The notes under the pieces: generated by a model
What the model saw: only the letters and a program-made list of their open reading frames with translations
Told to the model about the DNA's origin: nothing
Databases searched by the model: none
Origin: Octopus sinensis
Lineage: Eukaryota
Length of the DNA: 64,000 nucleotides
NCBI RefSeq assembly: GCF_006345805.1
Contig: NC_043011.1
Span: 36,344,464 to 36,408,463 of the forward strand
Reading direction: 5' to 3'
In this document: piece by piece, positions 12,545 to 25,466 of the stretch
Numbering within the stretch: the stretch's first letter is position 1
Layout of the letters: each line of letters begins with the position of its first letter
Position numbers and translations under genes: made by a program

Positions 12545-12790
12545 CCTCAGGCTCTTTGGGAGAATATTAAAAAGCCGTGGACCCCTAAAACCCAGGCTGT
12601 TGCAGTAACTGTTCCTGAACTGCGATGGCATTGTTGGGATCTTTGGCACTGTGCAGTGTCGACCTGTTTGGGCATTTGTGTAGCTTTCAATGAAAAAAAT
12701 TGGCACAATTCCTTCCAGGAGCTTCAGATGAATATTACTGCATACCTCTCCCGGCTTCACTCCAAGGAGTAGAGTCTTAGCTGTTTCAGC
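12545..12790 (-). mobile_element. LINE 3' fragment (CR1/L2-type post-RT region)
   Basis: Translation GRHCTVPKI..NSLGFRGPRLFNILPKSLRDL fits the C-terminal NSL..RGPRLFN.LP..LR motif of CR1/L2-type ORF2 proteins. Confidence 0.7.
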
Positions 12791-13418
12791 CTTTCCAGTA
12801 TATGCATGTATGTATGTATGTATGTATGTACAAGGACTGAGCATGTACTGATATCGTAAAACAACAGGAAGCTGGGTTGCAACAGAAATAACCTGAGGAT
12901 ATCACCCGCTTGGAAAATAAATAGTAAACACAAGCATACTCAATGTGGCAAGTCAAATAAATTTGCATAATGAAAATCAAGTTTTATGATGTATTTGCTT
13001 TAGTTGAGTAAGTACAAAGTAAGCTGTAACTAAATTTTGATTCAGAAAAAAGATTAAAAAAAATAAACAAACAAAACAAAAAGCAAAACGAAAGCAGAAA
13101 AAAAAAGCAAAAATTAAAACACAAAATGTATAGTAAGATCTTTAATGTAATCTACAAATCAGATTTTATTTTTAATATGTGGATGTTGTATGAATGGTTG
13201 CACTTATAATTCTGTTTCTATTTTCTGCAATAAATATAAGTGTCAGTGTATCTGTGAAGAGCTATTCCTGGTGAATGTGCGAAAATGTGAGAAATTAAAT
13301 TACGAGGAATTAGATGACTGAGACTAACTATTAGATTATGCACCTGAACACTTGCACACACATACGTATGCATATGTGCATTATGCACATTTATATATGC
13401 ATGAGTATGTGTGAATAG

Positions 13419-13730
13419 GTGGAGGCACATGGCCTAGTGGTTAGAGCAGTGGACTCGTGGTTGAGGGATTGTGGGTTTGAATCTCAGACCGGGCGATGTG
13501 TGTGTTTATGAGAGAAACACATAAGCTCCATGCGGCTCCGGCAGAAGGTAAGGGTGAACTTCTGCTGACTCTTTTGCCACAACTTTCTCTCACTCTTTCC
13601 TCCTGCATCTTGCAGCTCACCTGTGACGGACTGGCGTCCTGTCCAGGTGGGGAACCTATATGCCAAGGAAAGCAGGAAACTAGCCCTAATGAGCCAGGCA
13701 TGGCTTGAGGAGGAACAAACAACAAATGTG
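13419..13730 (+). mobile_element. SINE family C (tRNA head, V-SINE-like GGACTGGCGTCCTGTCCAG core)
   Basis: A-box TGGCCTAGTGGTTAG, B-box-like GGTTTGAATC and GACGGACTGGCGTCCTGTCCAGG. The head matches copies at 18745, 50320 and 53975. Confidence 0.8.
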
Positions 13731-14760
13731 TGAATATATAAATATGAATATATACATATATACACATACACACATGCACAAACACACACATATACACACA
13801 CAGTGAGGCAATAAGAATGAGTTCTTAACATTGTATTTGGTGGATTAAAAATGCCACCAGTGGTTTCATGTGGGAAATTCCGCAATTTTCAAGCATTCCA
13901 CTTAAGAATGTAAACCGCCCCCATGTTGGAAGAAAGCATGTGTGTCTGTGTGACATATGATCATCGTTCAATCAGTCATTTTATGTCTGTTATTTTATAC
14001 TAGTATGAATTAGATCGGTAGTTCTCAACTGGTGTTCATAAGGCTCCTAAAGGTTCGTATAAGATTTTTAAGGGTCCATACAATAGAATTGTAAATTAGG
14101 CATCCATGATATTATTTTCAGGCCCCCACCTGCCTCTGAAAAAATTTTGTTTTAGATGTATGTAATGGAGTGTATTGCAAGAAACACCTAGGTTTGTTTC
14201 TCTAACATTTTACATAGTTCTGAGTTGCCAAAGGATTTGTTGATCAGGAAATGACAACAAAAGACACCATATATAATTAGTTCAGCTCAGCACAGAATAT
14301 TAATATTTACACAGACAGATGTGTGCAAACATACACACTCATACATTTATATATATATATATATGTAGGTACACATAAACATGCATGCTTCCATCCCACA
14401 CTCTCTCTCTCTTTCCATTTAGATATACATACAAACATGCATACATACATACATACACACATGTAAAGGATAGCTTTTCGTTCATTCAAACATCTTATAG
14501 CATCTTATATTGAAGACAGTGGTGCTTCAGTTTAATCTTTCTGTAATAAGGAATTTTCATATTTCCTTATTGGTCCATTATGTTTTAGTTTGTCACAATT
14601 CCTAAGGCCATAAACATTTTAAGATGAGTTCAACAAGGTTGTGAAACATTGGGACACTCAGGAATGTTATTATCCAAACTAAACAGAAATAACCAATAAT
14701 GAAATATGAAAAAATCTTTATTAAAAAATATTAAATTCCATCACAGTTGTGTATTCAATG

Positions 14761-14800
<40 letters not shown>

Positions 14801-14954
14801 CACACACATACATATATACATGTATAACAAGTGAAGAAAGGAGTTACAACTTCATTCTTAGCTAGTTCTTTTACACGCTCTGCCCAGAGGAAAGTTACTG
14901 GATTTCTAGTTTGTTCTTTTCTACTTACTCTGAGCTGGTATACACACACACATA

Positions 14955-15018
<64 letters not shown>

Positions 15019-15269
15019 ACACACACACGTACAGTAAAAATAATGGCTGCCCTGATGCAGTAACCAGGCAGTGGCTTTCATGGTTTCTGATCTTAACTGA
15101 TTGGAAGTGTTATCATCTACATTGTACATGGTATATATTTCTTTACTACCCACAAGGGGCTAAACATAGAGGGGACAAACAAGGACAGACAGACGGATTA
15201 AGCCGATTACATCGACCCCAGTGCGAAACTAGTACTTTATTTATCGACCCCGAAAGGATGAAAGGCAAA

Positions 15270-15740
15270 ATGGTATAAAAGATGGGCTACAGCAAATATT
15301 CTGCTCAATACCACAGATTTTCTTGTCAGTTGCTTGGCCTTAAACAGTCGACCATGTTCTTTTGTGGCTGACGATATGTGCATTTCTGATCATGAGCATT
15401 ATAGTCAGGTGTTGAGAGGAATTCTTTGGGGTTTGAATAATTCCCTTCTGCATGTGTCTCTTGAGGCCTGTTGGTGCCTTGAAAGCCTTTTGGCAAATGG
15501 AACAAGTTTGAGGACTCAGTTTGCTTGTGAGTGCTTGTGGGTCATTTACTATGTATTTCCTTGAGTGGACACCTAGGTCTACTTTGCTTTGTGCCACAAA
15601 ACCACAATGACAGGTAGAGTTTCTATTTGGAGGACCAGTGTTTTGCCAGCATGCCTTCATGCTTACACGAAGTTGATCCCAATGTAGGAGTTGACTTTGC
15701 TCAAATTTTTGAACTAAAGGGAAGCAGGACTGATGCAAGG
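15270..15740 (-). mobile_element. LINE 3' end with C-terminal zinc-finger-like motifs (RTE-like)
   Basis: ORF 15340..15738 contains CHCGFVAQSKVDLGVH and CSICQKAFKAPTGLKRHM, followed by an untranslated tail. There are no splice signals and the first finger is decayed. Confidence 0.6.
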
Positions 15741-16046
15741 TCCTGCATGCTGATGTTTTGTTTTCCCAAGAAGAAATGGGAATGTTGCATCACTTCAGAT
15801 TGTTTTTTTAGTTTGTCTTTGAAGCACAAAAGTGACCTTCCAACTGATTTTCCTGTTGAGAACTGGCCAAAGTAAAGTTGCTTCGGAATTCAAAATAACA
15901 ATAACAAGCAATGAGAGAACATGCACATGGAATGTATTAGTTTGGAAAGAAAGAGTTTTTGACATTTCGAGCATAGCTGTTCATAGGAAAGGGAGAAGGG
16001 AAAAGTCCAAAGAAGGAAAATATCACCAACAGAATGTGTATATATA

Positions 16047-16105
<59 letters not shown>

Positions 16106-16127
16106 CTGTGTGTGTGTGTGTGTGTGT

Positions 16128-16181
<54 letters not shown>

Positions 16182-16294
16182 TATGTAAATGTAATATGTA
16201 ATACAGATAAATTTCTTTATTTACATAATATCGAGGTCACTTTCTTTCTTTTGCTGTCTTACCATTTTTATCAATATATATATATATGTATATA

Positions 16295-16800
16295 CAACCG
16301 AGACCTCTAGAGATATGCTGTGACTGTGAAGACCCGACAAATGAAGTGAGTTCATGGCTCACAGGATGGCCTGCTATGCTAATCTTGGATCGTAGGGTGA
16401 TCTGCTGTGCTTGAGGAGACCTACTGAGTCAAGTACATCAACATCAAAATAAAAATCAAATGGAAATTGTAGTTGTGACACATATGCCAGTAGCACGTAA
16501 AAAGCACCGTCCGAACGTGGTCAATGCCAGCACCACCTTGACTGCCATCTGTGCTGGTGGCACATAAAAAGCACCAATCAATCATGGCCGTTGCCAGCCT
16601 CCTCTGGCCCCTGGGCCGGTGGTACATAAAAAGCACCCACTACACTCACGAAGTGGTTGACGTTAGGAAGGGTAACCACCTTTAGAAATACTGCTAGATC
16701 AGACTGGATCCTGGTGCAGCCTCTTGGCTTCCCAGACCCCAGATGAACCATCTAACCCATGCTAGCATGGACGACGGACGATGAATGATGATGATGATGA
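16295..16800 (+). mobile_element. Family D element
   Basis: Three GGCAC(G/A)TAAAAAGCACC subrepeats, the conserved 3' block and a (GAT)n tail. Confidence 0.8.
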
Positions 16801-17604
16801 TATACAAAATGAGAGAAAGAGAGAGACCTGCAAGAAATTTATAGCCAGGGTAACAAAACAAAATGATAATCAAACTCATAATAATTTCACGAAAAATTAT
16901 TCAAATGAACACAGTCATATCTGGGTATTTTGTAAATTCACATTGAACTAATATTATGCCTTGCATCTTATTTATGCATAGATCTGATTAAATTATCAAT
17001 GACAGACTGAATCATGTTTATCCAGCTTTCATGTAATTCTTCTCTTAGCTCTATAACTGATGTAATTTTCAATGCTCTTGCTAGTAAACCTTCTATCAAA
17101 ATGTCCTCATAAGTGTTTTATTGGATTATGCTTGAGATTTTAAGCAATGCATTTCGGAGATTTGAGTTTGTGAATTTTTTCAAGTTTGTGACACAATGCT
17201 TATATAATATAAAATTCCATCTTGAAAAGGATTGGTCTTCTTATCAATTTGTATTTTGGAGTAGATAAGTAATAAACCCTTTTCAAGTCTTTTATAGTAT
17301 TTTGGGCTATATAAATGATTTTTAATAAAATGAGTACTAATCTACCGATTCCCAAACTCTCTCATCCATACAACTACGCCAGCTCCTCCAAGTTCAGCTA
17401 CCACTCATAAACAATCTGGCTCTCATGTTTCGGTTTTATTGTGCCATGGATTTATGCACCTTGAACTAAAGAACTAACAGAATTTGCTCTCATCACTCCA
17501 TATTATTGAATGCCAAAACCTTGTTTATCTTGATGCAATATTATTTAGCTCAACTTAACAATTTGGTCTTATTAACTTTTGAAATCAGTACGAAAGGGTT
17601 TTGA

Positions 17605-17742
17605 AATCAGAAGGGTTAAGAATAATATTTAAAAGTTCCTGGCTTTTGATGAAGAGTTCGAAGGAAAATGCTAATGCATTTTCCTTCGAACTCTTCATCA
17701 AAATCCAGGAACTTTTAAATATTATTCTTAACCCTTCTGATT
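17605..17742. repeat. Near-perfect 67-bp inverted repeat with a 4-nt loop (foldback)
   Basis: Arm 17605-17671 is the reverse complement of 17676-17742 with one mismatch; the loop is TAAT. Confidence 0.95.
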
Positions 17743-17849
17743 CTTTTCCTGTCAAAAGTGACCTGATTCAAAACAGCATCAAAATTTCATTTTGATATAT
17801 TTTACGTAATAATGACATGATCATTTCACTGAAATCTTTATTATTTTAA

Positions 17850-18069
17850 CCCTCTAGTGTTTAAACCGGCTATATCTGGCCCGAATATTCTACTCATTTT
17901 ATGCTCAAACTGACCAGAACCAGCATCTCACACCTACCCTGCAATGTCATTCTAAAAATAAACAATTACATCTTTCAAATCTTGAAGCTACAAGATAATA
18001 CCAGATTAATTTTTAAAAATGTAAATGAATAAAAATTACTTATGACATATTAATTTGAACACTAAAGGG
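17850..18069. mobile_element. piggyBac-type MITE (TTAA TSD)
   Basis: TTAA 17846-49 | CCCTCTAGTGTTTAAA ... TTTGAACACTAAAGGG | TTAA 18070-73. Confidence 0.8.
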
Positions 18070-18744
18070 TTAAAGATTAATTGAAACAAATATGGCACAT
18101 ATCAACAAAAATATAGTAAAAAAATGTTAAGCAATATGGTGATATATCCCCAAAACTAAAATACTCTCTGATAGTTACAAGTTGATCTTTAGCTTCTCAG
18201 AAGTCTTTGGCAGATTCCCAGATCTTTCTTACATTTGGCAATACCCATCTTTAATCAACCTCTTGATTATGTAATTTGCTGTTTGATTATTAATATAAGA
18301 AAACTGAAGTAATTGAATGGGCTTGTTGATTATGTAGTGTGATGGAGGAAAAGGACAACAGAAAAAGAAGCAACGGGAGAAAGAAATACAAAAGGCCTTA
18401 CCTCAGCGAAATCAGCGGTCACTCTTACGGAGTCAACATGTCTTGTTGCTCTGCCCTCTTTGCTGGAACTGACCACATGTGCTTGCTGACCACACATGCT
18501 TGCTGACCACACGTGCTTCCTGCCCACACATGCCCCTTTCACTCTTCGGCCAACCCCTGCAAGCTTTACTTCTGCCCACCTCATCAGTCATCCTCTCCAC
18601 CAACACCACATAGCTCATCACAGCCCATAACACCACTAACACCACAGATTATATAACTACAAATATCATGTATCTTTCCATACAATCCAACCAAATTGCT
18701 GAATCCCGACATACATGCAGCACCCTTCCAATATGTATTTGTGG

Positions 18745-19350
18745 AACTCTGTTAGTTATGACAATGACGAGGGTTCCAGTTGATCTGATCAGCGAAACAG
18801 CCTACTTGTGAAATTAATGTGCAAGTGGCCAAGCACTCCACAGACATGTGTACCTTTAACCCTTTTGATACCAACCCGGCTGAAATTGGCTCTGGCTCTG
18901 AGTACAAATGTCTTGTTTCCACAAGTTTTGAATTAAAATCTTTCACCAAACCTTAGTCACAATTTATGTTCCTAACATTACCTTAATGATAACTAAGTTA
19001 TTTTACTAAATTCTTTGTTATATTTAAAGTAAATGAAAGAAACACAGAGCATTTAAAATAAATACAGTAACGAAAGGGTTAATGCAGTTCTTGGGGTGAT
19101 TCAGCATGACACAAAGTGTGACAAGATTGGCCCCCTTCGAAATACAGGTACAGCAGAAACAGGAAGAAAGAATGAGAAAAAGTTGTAGAGAAAAAGCACA
19201 GCAGGATTCTCCACCACCCCCTGCCAGAGCCTTGTGGAACTTTAGGTGTTTTCACTCAATAAACACTCACAATGCCTGGTCTGGGAATCGAAACCATGAT
19301 CCTACGACCTTGAGTCTGCTGCCCTAACCACTGGGCCATTGCGCCTCAAC
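18745..19350 (-). mobile_element. SINE family C, interrupted by a piggyBac-type MITE
   Basis: Head at ~19350 (reverse of GAGGCGCAATGGCCCAGTGGTTAGGGCAGC). The body continues on both sides of 18860-19078. Confidence 0.8.
18860..19078. mobile_element. piggyBac-type MITE (TTAA TSD) nested in SINE C
   Basis: TTAA 18856-59 | CCCTTTTGATAC ... GTAACGAAAGGG | TTAA 19079-82. Confidence 0.85.
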
Positions 19351-19620
19351 ATTTGTATATATATATGTACTGGAATAAATATCCTCAGACAGAACACTAA
19401 TGAACTATAGTAAATCTGGTATTGTTTTATTCTATATTGTATGAATGCAAAAATATCTCTATAACACGTAAAAACACCATTTGAGCATGGTTGTTGCCTG
19501 TACTGCCTGACTGGCCCTCGTTCCAGTGGCACATAAAAGCACCCACTACACTTTTGGAGTGGTTGGCATTAGGAAGGACATCTAGCTGTAGAAACTCTGC
19601 CAGATCAGACTGGAACCTGG

Positions 19621-19795
19621 ATTCTCATTCTTAAGGTATTTTTCGATGTTATTATTATTATTATTATTATTATTATCATTATTATTATTACAGTTGTTGT
19701 TGTTGTTGTTGTTCAGGTCACTGCTTGGAATCGAACTCAGAATCTTGGGGTTAGTAGCTCATGCTTTTAACTACTACATCATATACCCATGCCCA
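19621..19795 (-). mobile_element. Family E (tRNA-headed, hammerhead-bearing SINE-like element), inverted 3'-truncated arm
   Basis: Reverse complement of the head, (AAT/AAC)n spacer and ATCGAAAAATACCTTAAGAATGAGAA block. It lies head-to-head with the plus arm. Confidence 0.8.
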
Positions 19796-20075
19796 CGGGC
19801 ATACTAACCCGTGCCCACGGGCTACAAACCCCAAGATTCCTAGTTTGATTCCAAGCAGTGACCTGAACAGTAATAATAATAGTAATAATAACATTGAAAA
19901 ATACCTTAGGAATGAGAACTCGGGTTCGAAATTTCCCCAAGATACCTAATGAAGGCTGGAGGGTAGATCAGCTGAAACGTTGTGTTAACAACAAACAAAA
20001 TGAGGACAAATATCCGTCGAGTGTAAATAATGTAAATAATGTACATAATTCCTCATCTCTTGAATATAGAACTGT
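19794..20075 (+). mobile_element. Family E, plus arm with hammerhead region (19941-19986)
   Basis: GATAC-CTAATGA-A-GGCTG..CAGCT-GAAA-C-GTT|GTGTT; core G5 is mutated. It ends in the GTAAATAATGTAAATAATGTA tail. Confidence 0.8.
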
Positions 20076-20951
20076 ATACATACCGCTAGTTAGATAGATA
20101 TACATAGGTATGTGTATAACGCATGAGTATATGCACATTGAGCTTCTGCATATTTTTTTGTTCAGATGGAGACCTTGATTACTCCAGGATGCTTCTACAA
20201 GACATTTATAAAAGTTGAAAAACAGTAGGATGGAACTCAGGTCCCTGTAATTCCAAAGAAAACTTCTTATCTATTCTAATATTACCCCACCCAACAATAT
20301 AAATATAACAAAATTACGTAATATTTTCTATGAGAATATAAGTAAAATTAATCTGTTTTTGTCAAATTGCCAATATATTCTGCAAAAGAATGTATCAACA
20401 CTTAATTTAGATAACTAACTGAGGTTAATTACTCAGAAATATAAATATTTACTCAATGATTACTTGGAGTAAAAGTGAATAATCTTAATAGTCTAATTCT
20501 TGATTATGTCTCATTAACTTAGGTTTCCAGTCAAAATTAATCATTATAGCAACAATGCCTATGTTTATAAAACGATAACTTCATTTGGATGTGTAAATAC
20601 AAATCCACACACACATAAACCCGAATATAAATATATAATTCAACTTTTCCATAGCAGTAACAATAGCCAGTTGTTAGAATTCAATATTGTTATACTTGTA
20701 ATGAACATAAATATACATGATATACGAATGTCCCTCTGCCTTGGTTGCGACATCATATGACGGCTGTAAATGAACTTCACCGTCAAACAAGTGATGCCAG
20801 CTGCTTCCAGTCTTCCATGAAAATTGTTTTCTGGACATGAAGAAATATTGTTTCAACAAATACCTTTTGACCACTGTCATCTTGTCATCATCCTTATTAA
20901 AACAATGACGTTGATGATGCACATTTATTTTTGCAGTGCATATATATATAC

Positions 20952-21020
<69 letters not shown>

Positions 21021-22519
21021 TCATACACATATATATATATACATACATAAATATATATATGGAGAGAGAGAGAGAGAGTGAGAGAGAACAAAGCGTACGT
21101 ATGCTGCTATATATATATATATGATTAAAAAATGGGACAAAAAAGCAAAACATCCAGATAGGCGATACAAAAAAAAAAACTGGGACGGGTCATTCGAAGT
21201 TTTCTTTCTTCAGTCAAGCACCAGATTATCCTCACAATTTTGGCTGATTATTCTTGAGATTGATCCAATCTGGCCAGCCTCAAGAAAAAACTAAGCTAAG
21301 AGCATTAGATTCCTTGGAAGAAAGCAGCGAATGTATACAAAAACAAGGACGGAAAAAACGGATGTTACACATACACAATAAAAATAGCAACAGGACATAA
21401 CAACAGGTGTCTTTCGACTAAGGATGAATTGAATTAAGCTGGTGCCTGTGGAAATGAAGCCTTGCAGAATATACAGATACAAAAATTTCACAAACACAGG
21501 GAAGAATATCAATGTTGTATGGACCAGGGTCAGACTAAGAAAGAAAGAGCAAGCAGGCTTGGCCAATCGGTCATGTGGGAAGAGAAGAGAGAGAAGTAGA
21601 AGCAGATGGACAGAAGAATTAAGGAGGGGCAAGAAAAAATGACAGGGATACTGTATATCTATATATATGTATGTATATATAACTGCAGTGAATTTGCCTT
21701 TAGAAGTCGAAGTATTCCACAAATGTATTTTAACTAACCATATACATACATGGTTGGCTCGAGGTACCATCAACTTGGACAGTCACCCAGGGCACCACCA
21801 TGTGCTAGGGAGCGCCAAGGAGGGCATGACAAAAGCAGGGAAATTTCCACGATCATCATCTTGTACATACTGAATTTCAGCTTGCCCAGGGTGCCAGCAA
21901 CCCTAGGGCCAGCCCTGTGTGTGTGTGTGTGCACGCACACATGTGTATGTGTCTGTGTTCACTTACTTTTTTAACTCTAGGAATTCTTCCTTAGTTAAAT
22001 CTGCTTTATGTTCCCATAGACTGCAAAGACCCCTAATTTAAAGATGCCGGATCAATGGATCAATGATCACACAGTCACAACAACATAGTTTACTTCTATT
22101 GTTTTGCACCCTGGGTATAGTTTATGATTCTGCTTGTAAATCTCATTTTGCAAATCTTACGAGAATTTTCTACCATTATTTTGTGGTTAACATTAAGAAA
22201 GCTGTAAAAATTCTTGCTTTCATCATATGCAAATCTTGAAATTTGCATTAACCAGCAACACTCTCTTAGATGCAAAACTGTACAAACAAGATTCGTTTTT
22301 TTTTTGTTTTTTTTTTGTAAAAACAAAAAACAAAAATACTAACTTGTCAGTTAGAGATGATTGAATTAACCCTCATGTATTGCTACGGACTATTTTTATT
22401 GACATTGTGCGAGGACGAGAAGAAAATTGCAAATTCAGATCAGCTACACTTAAGTATTTTCATTTTCTTTTTCTTTTTCTTTTTTATTTTGCACCTTGAC
22501 ATAAAAATTCCAAGTGTTT

Positions 22520-22950
22520 GAAGGGGAGAAAGAGCAGTGGAAGAGCAAGCGGGAAAAGGGGAGGGAGGGAGAGAGAGGTAGAGGAGAGTGAGGCGGAGGG
22601 GAGAGAGGGGGAGGGAGAGAGGGTACATATATATATAGAGAGAGAGGAGAAAGGAAGTGAGAGGGAAAGAGGAGAGGAAGGAGATAAGGGAAGAGAAAGC
22701 GCAAGAGAGGGATATAGGGAGAGACAGAGAGGTAAGGAGAGAAAGTGAGAGGGAGAGAGGGGAAGAGAGATAGAGAGAAAAAGAGGAGGGGAAGGAGATA
22801 GGATGAAGAGAGGGATATAGAGAGAGGGGAAAATGAGAGACAGGAAGTTTTGTAAACAGGAAAATAGAAAGGATGATGAAAGATAAGGGAGAGTCACATA
22901 GAGGGAGAGAGAGATACAGAGAGGTAGAGAGAAGAGAGAGAGTGAGACAA

Positions 22951-22995
<45 letters not shown>

Positions 22996-23050
22996 AAGAT
23001 AGATTGATAAATACAGAGAGAGACAGAGAGAGAAAGAGAGAGATAGGGAG
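22520..23050 (+). repeat. ~530-bp polypurine (GA-rich)/(GATA)n tract
   Basis: The plus strand is almost exclusively G/A; explains ORFs 22440..23183 and 22518..22748. Confidence 0.9.
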
Positions 23051-23153
23051 GAATATTTAGCGTGTCATGTTTATACCTTTTTCCCGTAATGGTCGACTCA
23101 ATACAAGTGAAAAACGACAGATCCATGAGGGAATAGAAAGCCATATAACTTAC

Positions 23154-23183
23154 TTGCTTCACCATGAAGCAACACAGCATCAT
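23154..23183 (-). CDS. Candidate short first coding exon (MMLCCFMVKQ)
   Basis: ATG at 23183, 10 codons, then CAA|GTAAGT (intron from 23153), in a locally CpG-retaining region. No homology support. Confidence 0.25.
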
Positions 23184-23802
23184 AGTACAATACCTACCAC
23201 ACTGTTATTGCAATAACTCTTTCTGTCTGATTGAGTTTATTCCATTAATTGATTTTTTTTTTCTTTTTCTTTTTTTTTTTTTTTTTTGCGGAACAATGTT
23301 ATCAGGAATAAAATAAAATCACCTTTCAGATATCTTTGACTCTTCAGACTGATTGATTCAAATAACTATTAATTTCAAATATATTTATTTCTATTCCTCT
23401 TGTTCCATTTTCTCCTACACTGAACTTGGAATCTGAATCAATCTCTAATTGAAACAATCTACTTACAACCGAAATTTATAGGAAACTTTCTGTCAAACGT
23501 AGTTCTTCGCGGTTACCTTCACCAACGTTTGAACCAACAAACAGACGCACACATCAAATACTATTATGCGTTTGTTTTATTTTTTTAGTTTTGGGGCTTT
23601 CGATTTTCAAGATCTTTGCATCAGTTTTTATTTGTTTGTTGTATTTTTTTAAATATTGCCTTATTTGTTTTTAAATTGAAAAAGTACAAAAAAACTGCTT
23701 TCTTTAGATTTATATGTATGCATGTGTGTATTTTCATAAATTTGTATGTATGTATATATATGTGTGTGTGTTTAAAAAATATACACATATATCTGTGTGT
23801 GT

Positions 23803-23838
<36 letters not shown>

Positions 23839-24393
23839 AACACACACACAGACACACACACATACACACACACAAATTACACAAATATACATACACTCGT
23901 ACATATATATATACACACGTACAAAAGCAGATACACAGACATGCACATATGTACATATGTGTGTGTGAGTACATATATATATATATATATCTATATATAC
24001 ATATATATATATTATGAGCGTGTGTGAGTATATATGAATGTATGTATGTTTGTATGTATGTATGTATGTATGTTTGTAGGTATGTATTTATGTATTATAT
24101 ATGTATGCATGTACGTATTGTATGTATGTATTGTATGTATGTATTGTATGTATGTATGTATGTGTAGTGAACGAAAGAGTTTCAGTATTTCAATAAAAAG
24201 AATTACAACTTTTTCGATTAGAATTTTACTTCCTAGTGTAAGTGCATATTTTAGCATATATTAACATACATTAAACTGTTTCTGAAAGTTTTATAACGAC
24301 TTATTTCTTAGTAATTCAATTTTTTCTTAGGGCAAAAGAAAAGTGCAAGAAAAATTGAATAAAAAAAGAATATAGACATATTTCAAATAACAA

Positions 24394-24471
<78 letters not shown>

Positions 24472-24483
24472 GTCTATCTATCC

Positions 24484-24515
<32 letters not shown>

Positions 24516-24784
24516 CTATATATCTATCTATCTATATATATATCTATCAATCTATCTCTTCCCCCTCTCTGTTTATCGATAACAAAACAAGAGAGATTGT
24601 TCATAAGATATTTAGTTACAGCATCTCATGTACATTTCATTAACATACGGAGATCATTAGCTACGTCATGCAAGGTGCATAATCTAAATTCGATATCAAA
24701 TCATCAGAGATGTGTACCTTTTATATGTATCATGAATGGGCTGACATGACGACAAAATTCACCATTGTGGTATGCAACTTTATG

Positions 24785-25185
<401 letters not shown>

Positions 25186-25466
25186 TTATATATGTACGAG
25201 GGGTGCTGCAAAGTTCCTGACTTTGGGCAAAAAATAATACTGGCAAATCAGCTAATTATGATTTTATTCAACATATTTCCCCCTCAGATTCCCTCACTTA
25301 TTGTAGCAATCCTTCAGTTTTTCTAAACCCAGTAAAAGAACTCAAAAGATTGGGCCTCCAGCCAGGCCTTTCATGATACCCTTAAAGCCAGGAACTTTTC
25401 AGCACCCCCTCATATATATCTATTAATATGTAGGCACAGGTATAGCTGCGTGGTAAGAAGTATGCT

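Noticed and set aside
13419-13500. tRNA-like sequences here and at the heads of SINE A, C and E copies
   Set aside because: The acceptor stems are incomplete and they continue directly into shared SINE bodies; these are SINE heads, not tRNA genes.
15340-15738. C2H2-like zinc-finger ORF as a host gene
   Set aside because: The first finger is decayed, there are no splice signals, and it runs into a repeat-like tail; better explained as a LINE C-terminus.
18470-18540. ~18-bp tandem repeat (ACCACACATGCTTGCTG) near a minus-strand GAG|GTAAGG donor
   Set aside because: Only ~4 degenerate units, probably within an old repeat 5' region; no consistent ORF.
21180-21240. Possible minus-strand hammerhead (CUGAAGA-AAG/CUU-CGAAU..GUC)
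   Set aside because: GAAA is not intact, and stems I and III cannot be drawn in the correct register.
21400-21918. Purine-rich ORF-like stretch with possible CAGGG termini
   Set aside because: The frames are interrupted, the terminal match is weak and no TSD was found; left unassigned.
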